Origin: an uncultured Pseudohongiella sp.
GTDB lineage: Bacteria; Pseudomonadota; Gammaproteobacteria; Pseudomonadales; Pseudohongiellaceae
Assembly: GCA_964622925.1 (NCBI GenBank)
Contig: CAZUSL010000181.1
Location: 785-64,784 of the forward strand
DNA length: 64,000 bases
Direction: 5' to 3'
Part shown: positions 18,030-27,500 of the stretch, in pieces
Numbering within the stretch: position 1 is the stretch's first letter
Layout: every line of letters starts with the position of its first letter
Notes under the pieces: model-generated
Databases searched by the model: none
What the model was told of the DNA's origin: nothing
What the model saw: the letters and a program-made list of their open reading frames with translations, nothing else
Translations under genes and position numbers: made by a program

Positions 18030-18674
18030 ATGATGAGCAGCACCTCGTACTACAACCAGAACCGGGACGCGCTGTTCGAGCAGTATCACGCCTACGACCC
18101 GGAGGTGGTTCATCGCGCCTGGGCGCCGGAGCATCTCAAGGGGCGAAAGCCCGGATTCGCTTGCGACATCGGTGCGGGCACCGGCCGGGACGCCAACTGG
18201 CTCGCCGAACAGGGATGGGAAGTGCTAGCGGTCGAGCCGAGCGACTTGCGCGAACCGGGAGAGGGAAAGTCCAATCCGCGCGTAACCTGGCTCGACGACA
18301 CGCTGCCGGACCTCCGGAAACTGCGCGCCCTGGGCCGGCGATTCGACCTGATCCTGCTGCGCTCGGTCTGGATGCATGTTCCCAGGTCCAGTCAGGAACG
18401 GGCTTTCCGCATCCTCACCGAACTGCTGAATCCCTCAGGCCTGCTCGTAATCAGCTTGCGGCACGGCAGCGACGAGGAGGAAAATCAGGCGCGCGGTTTC
18501 CACTCTGTCAGCGCCGATGATTTGATCCGCTACGCCAGGGACTGCGCCATCAGTCTGCGAGGCCAATACGAACATCCCGACCGGTCGCGGGACCATGTCC
18601 ATTGGGAGTGGCTGGTTTTCGAGATGCCATCCAAACCAAACTTACTTGTTGAAGCATTAGCATTGGCTTGCTAG
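18030..18674 (+). CDS. Class I SAM-dependent methyltransferase
   Basis: ATG 18030 (TTG 18003 is possible). CDIGAGTGRDANWLAEQGWEVLAVEPS is SAM-binding motif I. The last ~15 codons run into AT-rich DNA. Confidence 0.7.
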   Translation: MMSSTSYYNQNRDALFEQYHAYDPEVVHRAWAPEHLKGRKPGFACDIGAGTGRDANWLAEQGWEVLAVEPSDLREPGEGKSNPRVTWLDDTLPDLRKLRALGRRFDLILLRSVWMHVPRSSQERAFRILTELLNPSGLLVISLRHGSDEEENQARGFHSVSADDLIRYARDCAISLRGQYEHPDRSRDHVHWEWLVFEMPSKPNLLVEALALAC

Positions 18675-18863
18675 ATTCTAGTTCCCCACGGAACATATGA
18701 GATGCTGAAGGATATGGTATCAACAGGCAGTCGGAAATTTTTGCAGAAAATTGAGCATTGTCTAGAATCTTGACTACTGTATATAGGCAACTTGGTGTGC
18801 TGGGCACAATAAGCGGATGGCTCTCAACGGATGAGCGATTAAAATTTCTATTTTTTCGGATAT

Positions 18864-19328
18864 TTGATAGTGAAGTACGGCTGGCAATTTGACTTGAGTG
18901 ATTGGCAGAAAATCCCGGATGATCTCCGGGACAGCGCCGCTTGGGTGGGAGTAGACTATACGCTCATTGAATCGGGTCGAGTACCGGAACATCCAGGAGT
19001 ATATCTGTTTTGCGCCCGACCGGTTGGAGTTAAAGAGATTTCTAACTCAGATGCGAAATTGTTTGGGAAGTTGCTAACTCCAATTTATGTTGGCCAGACG
19101 ACGAATCTACGCAAGCGCTTTCGACAGCATTGCCGAAATCCGTCGATTAGGTTGCGAGCAGCGAGTGACTGTTATCGACATTTCTTAAGATTCTGGTTCC
19201 TAAAGAGAAGTGCTCAAAGCATTCTGGAGGAAGAGGCGGCTTTAATCCAATGTTTTGGGCCAACTGCAAACGAGAGATATGGCGTTATCAGGGCGAAAAT
19301 AGACTCGCCAACCCGGATTGGGCTTTAA
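18864..19328 (+). CDS. GIY-YIG-like nuclease-domain protein (154 aa)
   Basis: PGVYLF ... IYVGQTTNLRKRFRQH ... EEEAALIQCFGPTANERYG gives GIY/YIG-like elements plus the conserved Arg and Glu/Asn positions. The spacer between GVY and YVG is unusually long. Start is TTG 18864 or GTG 18870. Confidence 0.55.
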   Translation: MIVKYGWQFDLSDWQKIPDDLRDSAAWVGVDYTLIESGRVPEHPGVYLFCARPVGVKEISNSDAKLFGKLLTPIYVGQTTNLRKRFRQHCRNPSIRLRAASDCYRHFLRFWFLKRSAQSILEEEAALIQCFGPTANERYGVIRAKIDSPTRIGL

Positions 19329-19358
19329 CTGTAAATTTTTCAATTATAGGAGTTATCG

Positions 19359-20741
19359 ATGAACATTTATCCGGCTATGCGAGCGGGCATGGGAACATGG
19401 GAATACTATATCGTGAAGATGCGTATGGAAGACTTGGTTAAGGAAGTTGAGTTCGCTCATGAAATTCACGACAACAAGACCCTAGATGAGGCAATACAGC
19501 GAGGCCTTAATCAAGGAAGAGTGAAGCAGGAGATCGTGAGGTATCTTGCTTTTTCTGAAGATCGATTTTTTAATTCCATTGTGGTTGCTGCACTTGGGGG
19601 CAATCCAAGATTTAGTCCGGTTTCGATTGATGAAGATCCTCAATTCAACCTTATTGGCAGAGATGAATTTAATGACACATTCGGAGTTCTTAGCTTCGAT
19701 GGGAAGCAACACTACTATGCCTTAGACGGCCAACATAGGCTTATGTCAATTAAGACGCTATTGGAGCAGAAAGAGAAAGATGTTCCAAATTTGCCCGATG
19801 GATTTCAAGACGAAGAAATTTCAGTAATAATGCTTGTAAAACAAAATAAAGATGAAAATTTTATGAGAAGTTATAGGAGAATTTTCTCAAACCTAAACCG
19901 GTATGCGAAACCAACTGATGCCGATACTAACATAATCATGGATGAAGATGATCCGTTCGCAATTCTAACTCGAAGACTACTGACGGATCATGAATTCTTC
20001 TGGTGGGGCGGAAAGGCGACTGATTCACCCAAAGTGAAGACGCAAGGGAAAAATTTGAAATCTGGAGAACCATACTTTACCTCATTACAAACCCTTTACA
20101 GTATGAATAAGACTTTGCTTAAGTCTCCAGCAAGAGAAAAGGAACTTTACGGATCAAAAGATTTTCAGAGATTCAGGTCGGGTGAAGATGTCCTAGACGA
20201 ATTATATGAGGAGTTGGCAATATATTGGGATTCATTGATTGAAGCGCTACCTGTACTAAGGTCTGATGCTACAAGAATGAGAACCCATTCGATTGCAGAT
20301 CAAGACCAAGCACATGAAGAAGGAAAGGAGCCACTAACAGATCACTTGCTGTTTTGGCCAATCGGACAGGACATATTAGCCAAAATGGCAAGGTTGTTGC
20401 TTAACCGTCGTTTACCAGATCCCGACAACCCCAGCAAAGAGGAGGCAACCGCCTGTCTAGAGGTTTTAAACACCGTCAATTTGGAATTGCACTCCCCGCC
20501 GTGGCGCAATGTACTGCTGGTACCTGACCCTGTTAAAGATGGTACATGGCGAATGCGTAGTGAAGAGCGAAAACAAGCTGTAGAAGTGAGCGAACGGATT
20601 CTAAGGATGATGACAGGCATTGATGATCTGGGTAAGGAGGAAAGCCTAGAGCTAAAGACAGAATGGCATGCTCTGCTGTGGCCTAGGCCCGAGAAACGTG
20701 AAGTAGATGAATGGTGGGATACTATCTGCGCTCGTAAATGA
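19359..20741 (+). CDS. DGQHR-domain protein (DndB-like; SspF-like?)
   Basis: RBS TAGGAG lies 6 nt before ATG 19359. It has an exact DGQHR motif in HYYALDGQHRLMSIKTLL and an N-terminus (RAGMGTWEYYIVKM..FNSIVVAALGG) like the DndB/DGQHR family. Confidence 0.85.
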   Translation: MNIYPAMRAGMGTWEYYIVKMRMEDLVKEVEFAHEIHDNKTLDEAIQRGLNQGRVKQEIVRYLAFSEDRFFNSIVVAALGGNPRFSPVSIDEDPQFNLIGRDEFNDTFGVLSFDGKQHYYALDGQHRLMSIKTLLEQKEKDVPNLPDGFQDEEISVIMLVKQNKDENFMRSYRRIFSNLNRYAKPTDADTNIIMDEDDPFAILTRRLLTDHEFFWWGGKATDSPKVKTQGKNLKSGEPYFTSLQTLYSMNKTLLKSPAREKELYGSKDFQRFRSGEDVLDELYEELAIYWDSLIEALPVLRSDATRMRTHSIADQDQAHEEGKEPLTDHLLFWPIGQDILAKMARLLLNRRLPDPDNPSKEEATACLEVLNTVNLELHSPPWRNVLLVPDPVKDGTWRMRSEERKQAVEVSERILRMMTGIDDLGKEESLELKTEWHALLWPRPEKREVDEWWDTICARK

Positions 20742-20750
20742 TAGTTGCCC

Positions 20751-21575
20751 CTATTGCTGCTGGCTGAATTTTCTATACAGCACTTTACAAGGGCTGCGAC
20801 GATCCTTTGCGAACGAGATGGCGTCCGGATGGAGGATTCTCAAATGATTAATTTGCTTTAAGCCGATATCTAAAAGTATCGAAATTCCGTCTAATGTTTT
20901 CTTATCTGGTTCATACTGATACAGAACTGGAATTGGAAGGCTCGCCAAATTTTTGGAGTAACCAACTTCCCACGGATAGTTCGCATCTGATCCACTTTCA
21001 TCATAGTTGGTTGAGAGTTTAAACAGCGCGCGGCGTAGACAAGTAATTTTTGGAGATCTCCAACTGCGGAGTCGGACCTCAATGCCCAGAGATATCCAAG
21101 GCAACCAACTTCTCCAATCATCTACAGGCAAACCATTGAACTTTCTGATCTCTGAATCTATCGATTGAATAAAGTTGTGCCGCAATTTTCCATTTGTATG
21201 GAAACAATCATCAGAAATTATCCAAGCCAACTTATCCGACGACGGTCTTCCCGTTGCTGTTAAGTTTTGACCTAGCAATTGAAATGTATCATATGCATCA
21301 CTAACTGCAAATTTCTGCCTTTTTGTTAACTTTAGGTCGCAACCAATTCCATCTTCTCTTTCGAAATTTAGCTCATCTAGAAGTTGTGAAATTGTATAGT
21401 CTTTAGGCAATCCCATTAGAATACTACGTAGTTTCGGAGCAATATTTAGCCCGCACAAGGAGGAGCAATGAAGAGATTCGTCAGCCAATTTCTGATAATT
21501 TTCGACATTAAACAACTTTCGAACCATTGAATTAGTCCTTCTTGATAGAATGTTGGGAATATCCAAAATTGACAT
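20751..21575 (-). CDS. Hypothetical protein, 274 aa, no recognisable domain (SspG-like position)
   Basis: A long ORF in AT-rich DNA, where spurious ORFs are rare. It lies 39 nt downstream of the SNF2 gene on the same strand. I could recognise no motif. Confidence 0.6.
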   Translation of the reverse strand: MSILDIPNILSRRTNSMVRKLFNVENYQKLADESLHCSSLCGLNIAPKLRSILMGLPKDYTISQLLDELNFEREDGIGCDLKLTKRQKFAVSDAYDTFQLLGQNLTATGRPSSDKLAWIISDDCFHTNGKLRHNFIQSIDSEIRKFNGLPVDDWRSWLPWISLGIEVRLRSWRSPKITCLRRALFKLSTNYDESGSDANYPWEVGYSKNLASLPIPVLYQYEPDKKTLDGISILLDIGLKQINHLRILHPDAISFAKDRRSPCKVLYRKFSQQQ

Positions 21576-21614
21576 GTCTACATCGCCTTAGTCACAGAAT
21601 TAGGAAATGGAGTT

Positions 21615-23258
21615 TTACAGAACATCGTTGAATTCTTTTGGCGTTAATTCTCTATCGTCTTGCGAATCAGTGCTAAGCTTTGAAATTATGCTGGAAAACA
21701 GCTCAAATTTGGAATTGAGAATCTCTTCGAGTCTTGATTCGACTGTGTTGATAGTCCTTAACTTGTATACATTGACATCCTTCTTTTGGCCGATTCGATA
21801 TACTCTATCTCTAGCTTGACTGTTTATGGCCGGATTCCACCACTCATTCAGGAATATCACATGATTAGCGGAAGTTAGTGTTACTCCTTCAGCCATCGCG
21901 CGTGTTGTACAAAGAAGTATGGAAGGTTGTGCACACACTTGAAATTTGCTAATTATCTCAATTCTGTCACTGGCTGATGATGATCCAGTCAGGATGGCCA
22001 GATAACTATTGCTCCTGAACTCCTTCTCCAGCCTTGCATTTAGTTCCGCAAGGGGGCGTACAAGATAGGAAAAGATTACAACTTTTTCATCTAACTGTTG
22101 AATTGCTTTCACCAATTCGATGGCGCGATCAATTTTGGAACTGCGACCGGTTTTTGGATCGAAGTCACAGATTTCCCGCAATTGTCCAAAAATCTTAATC
22201 CAATTGGCGAGTCTAGAAGTATTGCTTCGTTTGACTATTTCATTATAGGCATCTCGCTGTTCACTGATTAGCGGTATGTGCTCGATTTTCTCAAATATAT
22301 TCGGAAGTTCATTGGATATAACCTTTTTGTTTCGCCGAAGAATGTACTTTGACGCTAGAGTTCGCAATGAAGCAGATCCAAGTTTTCCATCGCTTATTGC
22401 GACTCTTTTTCGATCAATTAGATGTAGTATGGAAGCAAGTTCAATGGGCCTGTTTTCTAATGGTGTGCCTGAAAGTCCCCATGTAATATTGGGAAATATG
22501 TCGTAAACGGATTTATAAGAATTAGATTTGTAATTCTTGAGTTTGTGTATTTCATCTAATATGACAAGATCAAATGTGCCAGATTTAGGTCTGCTGAATC
22601 TTACAGTCTCGTAGTTTGTAATGGCAACGTGACATTGATCGCCTATGGTAGTCCAAAGATTCTCAGATACGGTGGCAAAGACGGAAACTATACATAGATG
22701 AGGCGCCCACAATTTGAGTTCTGCTTCCCATACCCCTATAAGTGATTTTGGGCAAATAACCAACGCACTTCTGATTTTTCTATCTCGTAGTTGATGATCA
22801 AGGGCAGCGATTGCTTGAAGAGTCTTGCCCAGGCCCATATCGTCAGCCAAAATTCCAGATTCGCGGCCCTTTAGCCAAGTCATTCCAGCTTCTTGGTGTT
22901 CCTTGAACGGATAGCTTGGAAGAAATCGAAGTAAGCGAAATCGCCAAATCTCTCCTATATTAAAGAAAGCTGTGTCTCGGTTGGCCTTGTTAATTCTTAT
23001 AGCCTGAGGGTCGGCTTGTGGAATCAGTATATTCTTCGACTTGGCTGAAGAAGATATTCTTCCTAGTTCAGTACGCGTAGAATACAACTCTTCCTTTAGT
23101 AAGTATAGTTCTTTGGAGTTAAGGTAAAAAAATTCATCAGAGAAAAGCGCATCATCAATTTCTGGGAATTGCTTAATTTCTGGATACAATCCAATTTCGA
23201 GACCTATAGAGCTGCGCTTAATCTCGCAAATACTGGAATTATGTCGATCTACACTCAT
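21615..23258 (-). CDS. SNF2-family helicase, short form (547 aa; SspH-like?)
   Basis: ILADDMGLGKTLQAIA (motif I), DLVILDEIHKLKN (motif II), LSGTPLENRPIELASIL (motif III), and the C-terminal helicase segment LTSANHVIFLNEWWNPAINSQARDRVYRIGQKKDVNVY. Confidence 0.9.
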   Translation of the reverse strand: MSVDRHNSSICEIKRSSIGLEIGLYPEIKQFPEIDDALFSDEFFYLNSKELYLLKEELYSTRTELGRISSSAKSKNILIPQADPQAIRINKANRDTAFFNIGEIWRFRLLRFLPSYPFKEHQEAGMTWLKGRESGILADDMGLGKTLQAIAALDHQLRDRKIRSALVICPKSLIGVWEAELKLWAPHLCIVSVFATVSENLWTTIGDQCHVAITNYETVRFSRPKSGTFDLVILDEIHKLKNYKSNSYKSVYDIFPNITWGLSGTPLENRPIELASILHLIDRKRVAISDGKLGSASLRTLASKYILRRNKKVISNELPNIFEKIEHIPLISEQRDAYNEIVKRSNTSRLANWIKIFGQLREICDFDPKTGRSSKIDRAIELVKAIQQLDEKVVIFSYLVRPLAELNARLEKEFRSNSYLAILTGSSSASDRIEIISKFQVCAQPSILLCTTRAMAEGVTLTSANHVIFLNEWWNPAINSQARDRVYRIGQKKDVNVYKLRTINTVESRLEEILNSKFELFSSIISKLSTDSQDDRELTPKEFNDVL

Positions 23259-23576
23259 TCAATCAGTTCCTGGATTTTTGATTACTAGCAAGAAAAGTCC
23301 GCTGTATATCTAGAAACGGATTTCTGATATCGAAATTTTGGAAAATTGTGTAATGATTGACGTATTTTTTCATCTAATTGGGCTAAATTGTCAGTTTAGA
23401 GATTTCAACGCATACATTCGCTAATCGTAGTGTGAAAGATGTCTTGTACCTAAAAGCAGTCGGAGATTCAACAAAAATTAAGCAAAACAGGTATACATGC
23501 CGAGTATAGTGTAAGATGGTGCTCGCGGAAGGGATGGCGAGCGAAGTTTTGTATTCGCGTAAACTGCTGATATTTA

Positions 23577-24503
23577 ATGAAATTTAGTACCTCACAAGTC
23601 GCATTCGGACGCCACGAGAGCTTCCATCTGCGATTCTGTTGGCTTTCCAAGGGATTTACAGAACTGCAACGCGACCCGACACTTGTCTCCGATGTGGATC
23701 AAGCTACGCTTGCCCTAGGTGTTGGCAAGAACATGGTGGTGTCTATCCGATATTGGTTGCGGGCGGCTCGGATGATAGGAGAATCGGACAGCAGCTCCAC
23801 TGAACTGGGCGGCTTCCTGCTTCATCCGAGCCACGGGAAAGATCCGTTCCTTGAGGACGAGGGAACATTGTGGCTACTCCACTGGCTCATCGCTTCCAAT
23901 ACGGAGACCGCAACTACCATTGCCTGGTTTTTTAGTAAATTCCACAAACCCCGCTTTAGTCAACAAGAGTTGCGTGCCGCCCTAGGGGCCTATCTGCAAA
24001 GCTCTGTCGAGTCTTACAGAAGACCGGCAGCAAGTACGCTGCGGACCGACGTGTCAGTCCTCGCGAGAACCTATGCAAGACACCAGGGCGCAAGCTTAGT
24101 CGAAGAGCTGATGGATTCGCCGCTGGCCGAGCTTGGACTGATTACGGAAACCAGGAAAAGCAGCTACCAATCATTATTCGGTGAGCGCCCGAGCTTGCCT
24201 TGCGAAATACTCGGATTCGCATTGCTGCAACTGTTGCAACGCCGGGACGTTCAGGTCTTGCCTCTTGAAGATGTACTCCAGTCCACGGACGGGTACGTAT
24301 CCCCAGGTACGATTTTTCGCCTGACCGAAGCAGGTTTGATGAGCAAACTTGAAGAACTTGAAAAAGCCTACCCGCACATTTTCGATCTACGCGAGACTGC
24401 AGGCTTACGGCAACTTTTCTTGCGACAGGAATTACCTGCCATTGAGCTACTAGAGTCCTACTACCAGCAGGGGTCCAGAGTGGCACCGGAGGTCGCGGCA
24501 TGA
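23577..24503 (+). CDS. sspB: DUF4007-like protein (SspB-like)
   Basis: The N-terminus FGRHESFHLRFCWLSKGF matches my memory of the DUF4007 family hallmark. Its stop overlaps the next ATG (ATGA 24500-24503). Confidence 0.65.
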   Translation: MKFSTSQVAFGRHESFHLRFCWLSKGFTELQRDPTLVSDVDQATLALGVGKNMVVSIRYWLRAARMIGESDSSSTELGGFLLHPSHGKDPFLEDEGTLWLLHWLIASNTETATTIAWFFSKFHKPRFSQQELRAALGAYLQSSVESYRRPAASTLRTDVSVLARTYARHQGASLVEELMDSPLAELGLITETRKSSYQSLFGERPSLPCEILGFALLQLLQRRDVQVLPLEDVLQSTDGYVSPGTIFRLTEAGLMSKLEELEKAYPHIFDLRETAGLRQLFLRQELPAIELLESYYQQGSRVAPEVAA

Positions 24504-27500
24504 GCTTGGCTGATTACGTTCAAGTAAGAACGGCCTATACGCGGTCAATCAACCTGGAACGAGACTCAAAGTCGAAAGGAGTCGAATGCACCTATATCCC
24601 GACCACTCGCGCACTGCGCACTCTCGCAACGATTACAGAACGCTTTAGCAACGAGGACCAGCCACGTTCCTGGTCCTTGGTCGGGCCCTATGGATCGGGT
24701 AAGTCCTCATTTGCACTGTTTTTGTCCGAACTCCTAGGCAGTCAGAAGTTGCCCCATACGAAAACTGCATTGACTCAGCTTGGAAGGAACGACAGTCTTT
24801 TGCACTCCCGATTTCTGGAGGAGACAAAGGCCTCCGATGGGTATGTATCCGTACTTGTCTCCGGCACCCCTGAGCGGCTGTCTTTGAGGTACTTGAATGC
24901 CTTGATGACTGCCGTTGGCGAGTATTGGATCGGTAGGCGGGGTAAGAAGCCGCGCATTTTCGACAAGATGCGAGGATTCAGGGAAGCAGGACAGGTCTCT
25001 ATTTCGGAACTACTGGAACTTACTCAGGAATGCCAGCAGGTACTTTCCAAAGTTGGATGTCCGGGGATACTCGTAGTTTTCGATGAGTTCGGCAAATTCC
25101 TCGAGTACGAATCACACACACCCGATGCCAATGACGTCTTCCTGTTGCAGGCCTTGGCCGAACATGCCTACACGGCCAGCGAAACGAAGCTGCTTGTAAT
25201 TGCGCTGCTTCATCAGTCGATCGAGCAATACGCGCTCGGAGTTGGCGAAACCCTCAAAAACGAATGGGCAAAGATTCAGGGCCGATTCGAAGAAGTCCCT
25301 TTTATCGAAACTGCCGAGCAAACTCTGCGCGTTGTCCGGGCGGCATTGGCACATCGAGAGTTCGACTCCGAATCCCGTGGTCAAATCGAAGCTGATGTCC
25401 TCAAAGCCGTGGAAATTTTACAGGGCGAAGGCGTATTAACCGATTTTCAGGACGTAGCCGAGACCGCCAAGCTATTCGCCGGTCTGTATCCCCTTCATCC
25501 CATCAGCGCCATTATTCTTCCCTACCTCTGCCAGTTGATTTCTCAGAACGAGCGTAGCCTTTTCGGTTATCTGGGAAGCAGGGAGCGAGATGGATTTCAG
25601 GACATGCTTGAGCGAATTGGCTCGCTAGGTGAGTTCATCAGGCCCGACCATCTTTTCGACTATTTCCTGGCCAACCAGCAGTCCATCTATGGAGACTACC
25701 TGACTCAACGTCGCTGGGCTGAGTCGGTATCCGCGGTCGAACGAGTCGCCGATGCCACCAAACAGCAGATGGCGATTCTAAAGGCGGTAGCTCTGGTCAA
25801 TCTACTAGGAAACCGGGGTCGAGTCAGGGCTTCTGAAGCACTGATCCGTTCAGTATATGGGCCTTCCGCTTCGAAGGACCTTAAAGCACTGCAAGAGGCT
25901 TCGGTCCTCATTCATCGTAAGTTCAATAACGAATTCCGTGTTTGGCAGGGGAGTGATTTTGATCTTGAGTCTCGATTGAGGGAGCAGGCTAACCAACTCG
26001 GCCCATTTTCATTGGCGGAAGAATTGACGAGATATAAGGCGGTCGCCCCAATCGTGGCTCGCAAATACAGTATCGAGAAAGGAACGCTGCGCTACTTCGA
26101 CGTTGAGTTTGTGGACGCCTTGACTTGGGAAAAAACAGAAAAAAAGGGAAATCCACAAATCTTCTTGTTTCTGAGTGCGGGCAGAGACGACACACATATA
26201 TACGAGCAGAAAGCCAGAGGCCACCTTGCCAGACACGGTTTGGTTGCACTTTCCCATGCCGGTCAATCTTTGAAGTCTTTGGTCTCCGAGCGCCTGGCGT
26301 TGGAGGAAATAGAAAGAACCGCGAAAGAACTTGCCGAAGATCCCGTTGCGCGCAAGGAACTTAAAGCACGGCTTGAGGTCGTGAAACACTTTGAGGCAAC
26401 CCACATCTCGCACTTGCTCGACAATCCTCAGCAGCTTGACTGGCGTTTCGGCGCCTGCGAACTTCCGGTTGCCTCGCGTCGGCAGTTCCAGTCACAACTG
26501 TCTTCCGTGCTTGAGGAGATATATCCCAACTCTCCCGAAATCCACAACGAACTGATCAATCGAGATCGGCTTTCCTCGCAGGCGGCCGCTGCCCGAAACA
26601 AACTGCTTTCCTTGCTGCTGACGGACACGGACAAGGAAGACTTGGGAATTGATCCGAAGAAGTTCCCTCCAGAAAAAGCGATTTATAGAGCCACGCTGAA
26701 AGAGACCAAGATTCACAAAGAGACATCGAAAGGTTGGGCGCTTCATGCGCCCCCTAAAAACAGCTCGCTGTTCGATGCCTGGAACCGAGTCGAGAAATTT
26801 CTGGCCTCCACTGAAGACGAGGCTCGCCCGTTCACCGCCATAAACGCTGAGTTGATGAATCGGCCTTATGGAGTGAAAGCGGGCATCCTGCCTATTCTGT
26901 GGATTTGCGTTTACCTTGTTTACGAGTACGAGATCGCCTTGTACGAGAACGGCCGTTATATCCCTGGATTCACCGCGGAGGCCTTGGAGCGGTTCGTAAA
27001 GCGTCCAGATTTGTTTCAGGTACAAAGGTTTCGCATTCAGGGATTACGCAAATCCATTTTTGAGCAATACCGCAAAGTCATAAGCGGTGGGGCGCAACCT
27101 AAAACAATCCTGCATGTCGCCAAACCATTAGCAGCGTTTATGCATGAACTTCCAGAGTACACATTGAAGACAAGAGTGGGTCTATCCCACCAAGCAATAG
27201 CGGTTCGGGAGGCCTTTCAACTAGCGAAGACTCCCAAGAATCTCCTGTTCGAGAGATTGCCAATGGCGCTTGATTATCGAGGCAGGGGCAGCGACCCCGA
27301 CGAGCGCATTGATAGTTTCGCAGAACAGCTAAAAGAGGTGCTGCGGGAGTTCAAGAACGCCCATGCAAGGATGAAGGATGCGTTACGGGAGAGATTGGCG
27401 GAGACGGTTGGTCTCAATCCTAAACTGCCACTTGCAGACTTGAGAGCGCAAAGCTTGGGGCGCTGCCATGGTCTTGAGAACCAGACTGTAGACGTTCATG

